IMG/VR virus record: IMGVR_UViG_3300045988_030341
Coordinates: 1-32,023 of that record
Direction: 5' to 3' (one strand)
Source: a virus
DNA: 32,023 bases
In this document: positions 1 through 7,898 of the stretch, one piece after another
Position numbering within the stretch: position 1 is the stretch's first letter
Layout of the letters: each line of letters begins with the position of its first letter
The notes under the pieces: model-generated
Database searches by the model: none
What the model saw: only the letters and a program-made list of their open reading frames with translations
Told to the model about the DNA's origin: nothing
Position numbers and translations under genes: made by a program

Positions 1-99
1 AGGCGGATATATCCACCCCGAACTCGGGCAAACAAACAGCATGTCCCCGATGCGCGGAATAAGCTTCGTCAAGAACCTGATTATTTCCGGGCTTAAGTA
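1..99. repeat. Terminal direct repeat, left copy (identical to 31925..32023)
   Basis: Bases 1-99 (AGGCGGATATATCCACC...CCGGGCTTAAGTA) recur base-for-base at 31925-32023. This implies a circular, circularly permuted or terminally redundant genome with a 31,924-nt unit. Confidence 0.95.
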
Positions 100-619
100 T
101 CTGCACGACCGGCTACCCGAGGTTAACAAAATCACTGTCATCGGTATATGCGGAAACCATTCAAGAACTACAAAAAAGATACAGTTCAGCAACGGTTTCG
201 AGATGAACTACGAATATTTCATGTACAAGAACATCGAGCACACCCTGACACTTATGGGGCTGACCAGACTTAGCTTCATTATCCCCGAAAGTGAATTCGC
301 TTATATCGACGTGTACGGAAAGAAAGTCTTATTTGCGCACGGGCATCAATTCCGCACGGCTGGCGGTATCGGAGGTATTTACCCGTCAATGATGAGATGG
401 TATGCCAAAATGAACCAAACGATAAAAATTGATAAAGCCTTTATAGGTCACTACCACCAAATGGTATATACCAAAGAGGTTTGTGTTAACGGCTCTTTAA
501 AAGGTTTCGACGCGTTCGCAATGGGGCACGGGCTGGCATATGAGGAACCGCAACAAACATACGTTATTCTGAACGAGAAGCGAGGCTTTATTTTCTACTC
601 GCCTATTTTTGCCGATTAA
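2..619 (+). CDS. Calcineurin-like metallophosphoesterase, C-terminal part (continuation of 31443..32023 across the junction)
   Basis: The frame is open from base 2 (GGYIHPELGQTNSMSPMRG...), which is the same text as the window end. Metallophosphoesterase motifs GNHSR, FAHGHQ and GHYH are present, and the N-terminal motifs lie in the 31443..32023 part. Confidence 0.85.
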   Translation, partial: GGYIHPELGQTNSMSPMRGISFVKNLIISGLKYLHDRLPEVNKITVIGICGNHSRTTKKIQFSNGFEMNYEYFMYKNIEHTLTLMGLTRLSFIIPESEFAYIDVYGKKVLFAHGHQFRTAGGIGGIYPSMMRWYAKMNQTIKIDKAFIGHYHQMVYTKEVCVNGSLKGFDAFAMGHGLAYEEPQQTYVILNEKRGFIFYSPIFAD

Positions 620-623
620 GTTA

Positions 624-670
624 AAAGGCTACTAATTGTTAAATAAAAGCAGTCAGTAGCCTTTCTTCTT
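624..670 (+). terminator. Hairpin plus T-rich tail after the phosphoesterase gene
   Basis: AAAGGCTACT (624-633) pairs with AGTAGCCTTT (655-664) around a 21-nt loop, followed by CTTCTT. The loop is long, so the call is moderate. Confidence 0.45.
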
Positions 671-690
671 GCCTGTTAAAAACATTGTCG

Positions 691-698
691 TACCTTTG
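691..698 (+). promoter_or_regulatory. Bacteroidota-type -7 box TACCTTTG upstream of the polymerase gene
   Basis: Perfect match to TAnnTTTG. A cTTG lies 19 nt upstream as a weak -33 element, and the ATG at 735 is 37 nt downstream. Confidence 0.55.
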
Positions 699-734
699 CC
701 GCTGTATTAGTAATAACAATCAAGACAATGGATT

Positions 735-2753
735 ATGCGGAATTTGTTTATCGATTTTGAAACATTTAGTACTACTGACATTAAAAGCGCCGGTAACTAT
801 AAATACTGTGAGGACAAGAATTTTGAAATTCTCCTTTGCGGTTACATGTGGGACACCGATACGGACGTTACAATAATCGACCTGACAAAGCCCGGAGGGC
901 TGGGTGAGTTCAACGAGTTGTTCACGTATGTAAAGAACAACGAGGACGTTGTAGTAGTAGCACACAACGCTACATTTGAACGCGTCTGTTTGCGTGAATA
1001 CGGTTTTGACATCAGCCCCATGCGTTTTTTCTGTACAGCTAACATGTCGTTATATTGCGGTATGCCCGCATCACTGGAAGCGGTATCCGACATTCTGAAC
1101 CTGGACGACAAGAAGAAGGGCACAGGCAAAAATCTTATCCATTACTTTTCTATTCCGTGCAAGCCTACCAAAACAAACGGAGGGCGCACACGCAATCTGC
1201 CGGAACACGCCCCCGAGGACTGGGAGGAGTTCAAAGATTACCTGCGTTATGATGTGCTTTCAGAAAAGGAAATATTTGATAAATTATCCCGGTTTGAATT
1301 CCCGGAAGAAGAGCAACGCATTTATGCGGCAGACCAGCGTATAAACGATTACGGTATACTGGCAGACCTCGAATTGGCACATGCCGCGCAGGATATGGAC
1401 GAAGAATATAAAGCCCGTCTCACCGAGAAAGCCGAAAAGAAATTCGGGCTGAGCTCCTTAAAGTCCATGCCGCAGCTTAAGGGCTTCATTAAAGAGCGTA
1501 CGGGCGTGGTTATTGATTCGCTCAATAAGAATAGCATAGAGGAGGTGATAAAGACCGTAGCGGGCCTTAAAAACGTTACCGAAGCGGATAAGCAAGCAGT
1601 GTTAGACGTTATCGACATGCGTAGGGAAATAGGTAAAACGTCTAATGCCAAATACACCGCTATACTCGCAAGCGCCGGGAGGGGCAACCGTATCAGAGGT
1701 TTGTTCCGTTACTACGGTGCGAACCGTACCGGACGATGGGCCGGGCGCCTGGTTCAACTACAGAACCTGCCGCAGAACCATATCGAAGACCTGGACGGTG
1801 CGCGAGACCTGGCAAAGATGCACGACCTGGATATGATGGAAGTCATATACGACAAACCTACACATATACTTTCGCAGCTTATACGCACCGCGTTTATCGC
1901 CCCCGAGGGGTACACGTTTGCTGTGGCTGACTTCTCCGCGATTGAGGCCCGGGTAATCGCATGGGTTGCTGACGAGCAATGGCGTTTAGACTTATTTAAC
2001 GACCCGAAGGCCGATATTTATTGCGCTTCCGCCTCTAAAATGTTCGGTGTTCCGGTACACAAGGGCGATGACTTAAGACAGCGGGGGAAGGTCGCGGAGC
2101 TTGCACTGGGGTATGGGGGCGGTGTCAACGCGCTTACTACAATGGATATTAAAAAAGCGTTGGCGGATGAAGAAAAACCTCAAATTTTGTCAAAATGGAG
2201 AGAAGCCAATAAAAAAGTGGTATCTTTGTGGCGTTCGCTTGAGGATTGCGCCAAAAGATGTATCGGAACGAGGCGCGGGCAGGTCTACAGAATAGACGAT
2301 GTTTCGAGTATTATTTTCCGATACGAGAGCGGCGCGATGACTATTGAGATACCGAGCGGCAGGAAGCTGTTCTACCCGTCGGCAAGAATGGGGGGACGCA
2401 CAATCGAGGGCGTTAACGGTTCGTTTGAGGTTGAGAATATATCCTACATGGGTCAAGACCAAACCTCCGGAAAATGGGTTAAACTAAACACCTACGGAGG
2501 CAAGCTGACCGAGAACGTTGTGCAGGCGATAGCCCGTGACTTGCTGGCGAATGCGATTTTCAAGGTTTTTGATTTAGGTTTTAATATCGTGTTGCATGTC
2601 CACGACGAAATAGCCGCCGAGATACCGAAAGACGGAAACGAAGAAAGGACGCTGCAAATAATGAGTGACGCCATGTGCAGCGCCCCGAGTTGGGCAAAGG
2701 GCATTCCGTTAAGAGCGGCAGGATATATTACGGATTATTACAAAAAAAGTTAG
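735..2753 (+). CDS. Family A DNA polymerase with N-terminal 3'-5' proofreading exonuclease
   Basis: ExoI DFET (MRNLFIDFETFS), ExoII-like HNATFE, Pol motif A DFSAIEARV, motif B RQRGKVAELALGYGGG, motif C HVHDE. No 5'-3' exonuclease domain is evident. Confidence 0.93.
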   Translation: MRNLFIDFETFSTTDIKSAGNYKYCEDKNFEILLCGYMWDTDTDVTIIDLTKPGGLGEFNELFTYVKNNEDVVVVAHNATFERVCLREYGFDISPMRFFCTANMSLYCGMPASLEAVSDILNLDDKKKGTGKNLIHYFSIPCKPTKTNGGRTRNLPEHAPEDWEEFKDYLRYDVLSEKEIFDKLSRFEFPEEEQRIYAADQRINDYGILADLELAHAAQDMDEEYKARLTEKAEKKFGLSSLKSMPQLKGFIKERTGVVIDSLNKNSIEEVIKTVAGLKNVTEADKQAVLDVIDMRREIGKTSNAKYTAILASAGRGNRIRGLFRYYGANRTGRWAGRLVQLQNLPQNHIEDLDGARDLAKMHDLDMMEVIYDKPTHILSQLIRTAFIAPEGYTFAVADFSAIEARVIAWVADEQWRLDLFNDPKADIYCASASKMFGVPVHKGDDLRQRGKVAELALGYGGGVNALTTMDIKKALADEEKPQILSKWREANKKVVSLWRSLEDCAKRCIGTRRGQVYRIDDVSSIIFRYESGAMTIEIPSGRKLFYPSARMGGRTIEGVNGSFEVENISYMGQDQTSGKWVKLNTYGGKLTENVVQAIARDLLANAIFKVFDLGFNIVLHVHDEIAAEIPKDGNEERTLQIMSDAMCSAPSWAKGIPLRAAGYITDYYKKS

Positions 2754-2756
2754 ATT

Positions 2757-5195
2757 ATGGATTTACGAAAAATGACTTTTAAAATTGCTACGGCGAGCAG
2801 CGCGAAGTCTACTTCATGGAAAAACCGCTCCTGCTCATGGGACGAGTTAGTCGAGAAGCTGGCAAGGGCGGTCGTTACGGATGAGACGTACCACGAGTTC
2901 ATAAGCGCGAGCAAAGCCGAGCAGGGTACAATCAAAGACGTAGGCGCATTCATGGGCGGCGAATTGTTCGGCAGCCGTAGAAACAAAAACAATGTAGGCG
3001 AGCGCTCTATTTTGGCGCTTGACATTGACTATGGGGAGAAGAATTTCCCCGAAATGTTCTACTCTGTCATTAATTGTGCATGTGTCATTCACGGAACGCA
3101 CAAGCACAACCCGAAAGCCGATACGCTCCGGTACCGCGTAATAATCCCGTTATCCGAGCCGGTGGACGGGGAGCAATACGAAGCTATCGCCCGAAAGGTC
3201 GCCGAGCTGACGGGTATCGACTTGTACGACCGCACCACCTTTCAACCCGAACGCTGCATGTTCTTTCCGTCGGTTTCCAAAGACGTAGAGTATGAGTTTA
3301 TAGATTACTCGGCATTCAACGAAAACCCTTTGGACGTTCAAAAGTATTTAGGTATGTACGACGATTGGAGCGATACGACCGAATGGGCATACCACAAGGA
3401 CGAGAAGGGAGAGGCCCGGACGCTCGCTAAAGAGCAACAAGACCCCACACTGAAAGAGGGTAATGTAGGCGACTTCTGCAGAGCCTACACCATCAGCGAG
3501 GCTATCGCGGAATACCTGTCGGACGTTTACAAACCTACCGGACGGGAAGATAGATGGACCTATACAGGCGGTTCTACTTCGGGCGGCATGATTACCTTCA
3601 ATGATATGTTTGCCTATTCATTCCATAACAACGACCCGATACAAGGTAACCACGTGTTTAACGCCTACGACCTGGTACGTGTACACAAGTTCGGAAAGAC
3701 GGACAAGGGCTCGGATAGAAAGAACTCCACCGAGGCTATGAACGAACTTGTAAACAAGGACCCGAAGGTAGCCGCGGCACGTGCCCGGATGCTGGCGGTC
3801 AAGGCCGGCGAGATAATGGACGATTTCGACGACGTTATAGAGGTAGAGGAGGCAACGGATGCCGATGCAGTGACAACGTACGAGGACGCAATGGCAAAAC
3901 TTGAAACGGATAAGCGCGGCGCGTATCTGCCATCTGCAAAGAATTTAGGTCTGATCATGAAGTATGACCCCAATTTAAAGGGGCTCATCGCCCGCGACCT
4001 GTTTAAAGAGCGCCGTGTTGTTACACGTGTCCCTCTATGGCGCGCAAAGGATAGTTCTTCGGACTTCCAGGATGTGGACTACTCGGGCGTACGTAAACAC
4101 ATTGAAGACGTTTACGGTATATCGAATAGTGTAAAGATTGACGATGCCATAGCGCTATCCGCCGAGATGAACTCATTCCACCCGGTGCAGGAATACCTGA
4201 CAAAATTAAAGTGGGACGGTATCGAAAGAGTCGACAAGGCTTTGATTCACATCATGGGTGCCGAGGATAACATATACACCCGAGAAGCATTCCGAATCAT
4301 GATGGTAGGAGCTGTCAAGCGTATCTTTCAAAAGGGCTGCAAGTTTGACAGCATGTTAGTGTTACAGTCCGAGCAGGGCGCGGGAAAAAGCACATTCATC
4401 CGAAAGCTGGGCAAGCAATGGTTCTCTGACAGCCTTTCGAGCATGGACGGTAAGGGAGCGTTTGAACAGTTGCAGGGTAACTGGATATTGGAGGTTGCCG
4501 AGTTGTCAGCAATGAGACGTTCGGAAGTAGAGGGTGTGAAAAACTTCATCTCCAAAACAGAAGACAGCTACAGACCGGCGTACGGACGTGTTACGAAGAA
4601 CTTTCCCCGGCAATGTATATTTATAGGTACGACAAACAGGGACGAATTCCTGAAAGACGATACGGGTGGCAGACGGTTTTTGCCCGTGAAGGTTAAGGCA
4701 AACGCCAACACGCATCTTATCTTTGAGAAGGGGTTCGACGAATATGTAGACCAGTTATGGGCGGAGGCAGTCCAGATGTATTTCCGCAAAGTAAGTACGT
4801 TGTTATCCCGTGAAGCCGAAGCAATAGCCGAGAGAGGACGCGAGGAACATTTTGAAGCAGACCCCCGTACCGCATCAGTAGAGGCGTATTTGAATATGCT
4901 CGTTCCGTCAGATTGGCGGCGCATGTTTTTGAATGAGCGACGCATGTACTTCAGGGAGTACGACGCTTCAAAGATAGACCCGGAAGATTTTACACTGGAA
5001 AAGATGGGCTTCGTGTCTACCATGCAAATCGCTACGGATGTGTTCGGGATGGAGGCAGGGCGCGTAACCGCCAAAGAGAGCAGGGAAATAGCTGCCATCA
5101 TGTCCAAGGTACCGGGGTGGAAACGTTCGGCAGATGCCAAGTCAGTTATGGGTCTCGGACGCGTACGAGGATATGAACGTATTGTTGACAAGTGA
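2757..5195 (+). CDS. Primase-polymerase / P-loop helicase fusion (VirE/D5-like)
   Basis: 812 aa. The N-terminal part has a DxD-type ILALDIDYG and HGTHKH, which is prim-pol-like. The C-terminal part has Walker A GAGKST (LVLQSEQGAGKSTFIRKLG) and a Walker B-like WILEVAEL. Confidence 0.85.
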   Translation: MDLRKMTFKIATASSAKSTSWKNRSCSWDELVEKLARAVVTDETYHEFISASKAEQGTIKDVGAFMGGELFGSRRNKNNVGERSILALDIDYGEKNFPEMFYSVINCACVIHGTHKHNPKADTLRYRVIIPLSEPVDGEQYEAIARKVAELTGIDLYDRTTFQPERCMFFPSVSKDVEYEFIDYSAFNENPLDVQKYLGMYDDWSDTTEWAYHKDEKGEARTLAKEQQDPTLKEGNVGDFCRAYTISEAIAEYLSDVYKPTGREDRWTYTGGSTSGGMITFNDMFAYSFHNNDPIQGNHVFNAYDLVRVHKFGKTDKGSDRKNSTEAMNELVNKDPKVAAARARMLAVKAGEIMDDFDDVIEVEEATDADAVTTYEDAMAKLETDKRGAYLPSAKNLGLIMKYDPNLKGLIARDLFKERRVVTRVPLWRAKDSSSDFQDVDYSGVRKHIEDVYGISNSVKIDDAIALSAEMNSFHPVQEYLTKLKWDGIERVDKALIHIMGAEDNIYTREAFRIMMVGAVKRIFQKGCKFDSMLVLQSEQGAGKSTFIRKLGKQWFSDSLSSMDGKGAFEQLQGNWILEVAELSAMRRSEVEGVKNFISKTEDSYRPAYGRVTKNFPRQCIFIGTTNRDEFLKDDTGGRRFLPVKVKANANTHLIFEKGFDEYVDQLWAEAVQMYFRKVSTLLSREAEAIAERGREEHFEADPRTASVEAYLNMLVPSDWRRMFLNERRMYFREYDASKIDPEDFTLEKMGFVSTMQIATDVFGMEAGRVTAKESREIAAIMSKVPGWKRSADAKSVMGLGRVRGYERIVDK

Positions 5196-5290
5196 TAACA
5201 GAGGGGTGTAAAAACCCCGAATGTTAACTGACTGTTAACAGAATAACTGAATGGGATTTATTTCTTAAATGGTGCTAACGTAATATACAG

Positions 5291-5330
5291 CCTGTCGTTA
5301 TTTGCCGTATATTTGTAATGTCAAAAGGAA
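5291..5330 (+). promoter_or_regulatory. Promoter cassette E1, copy 1 (-7 box TATATTTG at 5308-5315)
   Basis: CCTGTCGTTATTTGCCGTATATTTGTAATGTCAAAAGGAA is about 85% identical to 28024..28063 and contains a perfect TAnnTTTG. Confidence 0.6.
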
Positions 5331-5358
5331 ATAATAACAATTTAAAAAACTAAAGATT

Positions 5359-5769
5359 ATGAAAAAGTTAGTAGTGTTAGCAGTGTTAATTCTTACAAGT
5401 GTATCAATGTTCGGCCAAATCACGTCACAAGGTAAGCCGAACGTATTAAAGTCCTTCCGTATGGGCGTGTGCAAATTGGTTGATACCAACGGGTCAATAA
5501 CCATCGAGGCATTGACGCGCGAGACCCAAAGGTATACCATGATAGTCCGTTTAGGCACACCCGAGGAAGCGGCGGTAACGCTTGCGAGCCTTGCGGAATA
5601 CAAGCCCGGTAAAGGCGAGACGGTGAACCTGAACAACCCGAGCAACAACGAAGCGTATTATCAGAATCTTGGCGGCACATGGGTAATCACGGAGAAGTTA
5701 ACGGAGACTTTCAGCATTGCGGTTAGCCGCGGAGAGCTTAGAAAAATGGTCAAAGCGTTGGAAAATTAA
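5359..5769 (+). CDS. Small exported protein, unknown function
   Basis: N-terminal signal peptide MKKLVVLAVLILTSVSMFG followed by Q. It has its own promoter cassette and an A-rich leader (TTTAAAAAACTAAAGATTATG). Confidence 0.75.
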   Translation: MKKLVVLAVLILTSVSMFGQITSQGKPNVLKSFRMGVCKLVDTNGSITIEALTRETQRYTMIVRLGTPEEAAVTLASLAEYKPGKGETVNLNNPSNNEAYYQNLGGTWVITEKLTETFSIAVSRGELRKMVKALEN

Positions 5770-5810
5770 AGAAGTGTTTTTATTATATACAATTTTAAAA
5801 AGAAAAGATT

Positions 5811-5957
5811 ATGAAAAGCGGAAATTTTATCAGACCGGAATTCGTAGTTAAGGGTGAATTACAAGCGGAGTTTGTCAACATCGGACATGTATCGCGCATT
5901 ATGCACATGGAAGGCAAACCGTTTATCGGTATGCCGGGACAGACCTACACGCGCTGA
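5811..5957 (+). CDS. Small hypothetical protein (48 aa)
   Basis: My own translation (MKSGNFIRPEFVVKGELQAEF...), below the ORF-track cutoff. It carries the genome-typical leader TTTTAAAAAGAAAAGATTATGAAAAG. Confidence 0.45.
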   Translation: MKSGNFIRPEFVVKGELQAEFVNIGHVSRIMHMEGKPFIGMPGQTYTR

Positions 5958-6015
5958 CTTACAGGAACGGGCATGAAGGATTTAACGGAGTTCATTAACG
6001 TAAAAAACAATTAAA

Positions 6016-6177
6016 ATGGTTACTATCTTGAAAGTTATCGCAGTAAACGCAGGGGAGCGTACCTCTTATTATCCGACCACTGGAGACGGGGTATTCCCGA
6101 CCGTGGAGATGGCACGGGAGTTTTATAGAAACGAGTTCAAAACGAATAAAATAATATTGTGTTATGTCAGCAAGTGA
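6016..6177 (+). CDS. Small hypothetical protein (53 aa)
   Basis: My own translation (MVTILKVIAVNAGERTSYYPTTGDG...). It has an A-rich leader, fills an otherwise empty gap, and overlaps the next start by 14 nt. Confidence 0.35.
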   Translation: MVTILKVIAVNAGERTSYYPTTGDGVFPTVEMAREFYRNEFKTNKIILCYVSK

Positions 6178-6913
6178 AAACGTACAGAGTTACAATGTAG
6201 GAAAGTCCGGTTACGCAAAACACGCCATACAGCCGTGGGACATTTGGAAAGAGTATAACCTCAACCACTGGGACGCGGATATAGTGAAACGCGTGCTACG
6301 CGGCAAGGAAGGCGAGGCGCGGACGCTTGACTACGAAAAGATTATCCGCATTTGCAAATACCGCATTTCGGAGCTTTCAAAGGAAACCAAGGCAGTCGCA
6401 CCAGCCGAGGCGGAAAAGCCCGTAGAGGACGAGGAAAGCGATGATACAACGGTGTTCTGCTTGGACGAGACAATGAAGCCGGCAATGTTCTATGCCGAGG
6501 GCGAAAAGTGGAACGGTAATTATGTCGGTTACTCGGTGTTCATGGATGTTAACACCCCCTATATGTATCTGGGTGTCGACGCAGGGGGATGCCACTTGTA
6601 CGCAACCCTTTCGACGCGAGGGCGTTGGTATTCTGCCTCGGAAACGCACCTGCCGCCCGGGACGTTCAAGCTAAAATATACCAGCCTTTCAGGCAGCCAC
6701 AGAAGATCGCTAAAGATAGGGTACGTAGGTACGCTCTACGGGAAGCACGATTATATCATAACGGGCAACGGGTATTTGCTCCGCTACTTTGGAACGAAAG
6801 GCGGCAAGTTTTCATACCGTGATATGTCGGCAAAACGTGCGGATGGTACGTACCCCGAGTTCTTAAGCAAGGTCAAGTTAGAAAACAAGGCGATTCAATT
6901 CACGTTACGATAA
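6164..6913 (+). CDS. Hypothetical protein; N-terminus resembles the DUF3310 family
   Basis: 249 aa. YAKHAIQPWDIWKEYNLNHWDADIVKRVLRGKEG looks like the DUF3310 pattern as I remember it. The C-terminal two thirds are unrecognised. Confidence 0.7.
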   Translation: MSASENVQSYNVGKSGYAKHAIQPWDIWKEYNLNHWDADIVKRVLRGKEGEARTLDYEKIIRICKYRISELSKETKAVAPAEAEKPVEDEESDDTTVFCLDETMKPAMFYAEGEKWNGNYVGYSVFMDVNTPYMYLGVDAGGCHLYATLSTRGRWYSASETHLPPGTFKLKYTSLSGSHRRSLKIGYVGTLYGKHDYIITGNGYLLRYFGTKGGKFSYRDMSAKRADGTYPEFLSKVKLENKAIQFTLR

Positions 6914-7072
6914 GCAGGCAGGAATATGCGTACGGTACCGGAGACGGGATAGTGCATAACGGAGAGGTTTTAAAGTATAGGGGCTGTTATGGCGGGCGCA
7001 TCTGTATGACTACAGCAGACCACGAAGCAGGGGAATTCTCCGAAACAGTGGTATTTGAAAACAAATTGGGAA

Positions 7073-7684
7073 ATGAAGGAAATAATAAGTGAAAAGGACT
7101 TGGAGCGCACGTTTAGCGAGAGCCTGAACAGAACAAAAAAGGTGTGGGTAATAAAACTATTGTCCACCTTTGTAAAGGGATTGCCCGACAGAATGGTAAT
7201 TTGCCAGGGCGGGTACGTAGGCTTTGCCGAGATAAAGACCACGGGCAGGAAACCAACCAAGATACAAACGCATATCCACGAGAAGTTAAGGGCACTCGGC
7301 TTCAAGGTATTTGTTATCGACGACTTGGAAAGCAGGGACATTGCGGTGAGTTTCTTCTTGGGAAACGTTAAGAAAACAGACAGCGTACCGAGAAAAGGGT
7401 TATCTCTGTATCATTCGATTAAAAAAAAAAAAACAGAAATCATGAAAAAGAGAAGTTTAAAAGAAGAAATCGAATACCGTTCAGGTATGTACTTTGGAAT
7501 CGGGTCCGGCGCGCCGTATGTCCGTGATGACAAGTTCGGTAATACCGAGGAAATTCCAAACCGGTTGCAACGCGATATTACCCGTGATGTCAATTTCCTT
7601 TCGCGTAAAACGCCGGGTTACGTATCGGATGAACAGGATTTCAAAAGCATTCGCGTATTCTATAAAACAAAATTAATGAAGTAA
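7073..7684 (+). CDS. VRR-NUC nuclease, read through an A13 tract into a second ORF as sequenced
   Basis: VRR-NUC signature GLPDRMVICQGGYVGFAEIKTTGRKPTKIQ. I prefer the ATG at 7073 over the TTG at 7055. There is no stop before 7684 only because the A-run at 7421-7433 has 13 residues. Confidence 0.8.
   Translation: MKEIISEKDLERTFSESLNRTKKVWVIKLLSTFVKGLPDRMVICQGGYVGFAEIKTTGRKPTKIQTHIHEKLRALGFKVFVIDDLESRDIAVSFFLGNVKKTDSVPRKGLSLYHSIKKKKTEIMKKRSLKEEIEYRSGMYFGIGSGAPYVRDDKFGNTEEIPNRLQRDITRDVNFLSRKTPGYVSDEQDFKSIRVFYKTKLMK
7421..7433 (+). repeat. A13 homopolymer inside the coding sequence
   Basis: 13 consecutive A, counted directly. It encodes KKKK plus the first base of a Thr codon. Confidence 0.95.
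7442..7684 (+). CDS. Possible independent 80-aa ORF downstream of VRR-NUC
   Basis: The ATG at 7442 is preceded by the A-rich leader and followed by AAAAAG, as at other starts in this genome. With one A fewer, the upstream gene would stop at TGA 7443-7445 in an ATGA overlap. Confidence 0.4.
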   Translation: MKKRSLKEEIEYRSGMYFGIGSGAPYVRDDKFGNTEEIPNRLQRDITRDVNFLSRKTPGYVSDEQDFKSIRVFYKTKLMK

Positions 7685-7691
7685 TAAAGCT

Positions 7692-7898
7692 ATGATAAAC
7701 TATATCGATTTAAAGCTGAAGTGTATCGCAGGACACGCCGAGACAGTAATCAACGGTCGGCGCATCAAGTGCGCGGCCGATTACGGCAGAGTATTAGGAC
7801 ACGTAATGCCGGCAGCTCTCCGTGAGTTCGGTTCCCAGTTATCAATGATAAATGCAATGTTGTGTTGGAAAGAAAGCAATTATATGAATACCAAGTGA
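7692..7898 (+). CDS. Hypothetical protein (68 aa)
   Basis: The ORF fills the gap between VRR-NUC and SNF2 and overlaps the SNF2 start by 37 nt. Confidence 0.5.
   Translation: MINYIDLKLKCIAGHAETVINGRRIKCAADYGRVLGHVMPAALREFGSQLSMINAMLCWKESNYMNTK

Noticed and set aside
4568-5191. Other long minus-strand ORFs (4568..5191, 18427..19041, 26887..27459, 28572..29114, 9553..10077 and shorter ones)
   Set aside because: Each lies wholly antisense to a + strand ORF that has motifs, tight packing or the genome-typical leader. Their translations are low-complexity Ser/Ala/Arg-rich, as expected for antisense frames. The genome is otherwise strictly unidirectional.
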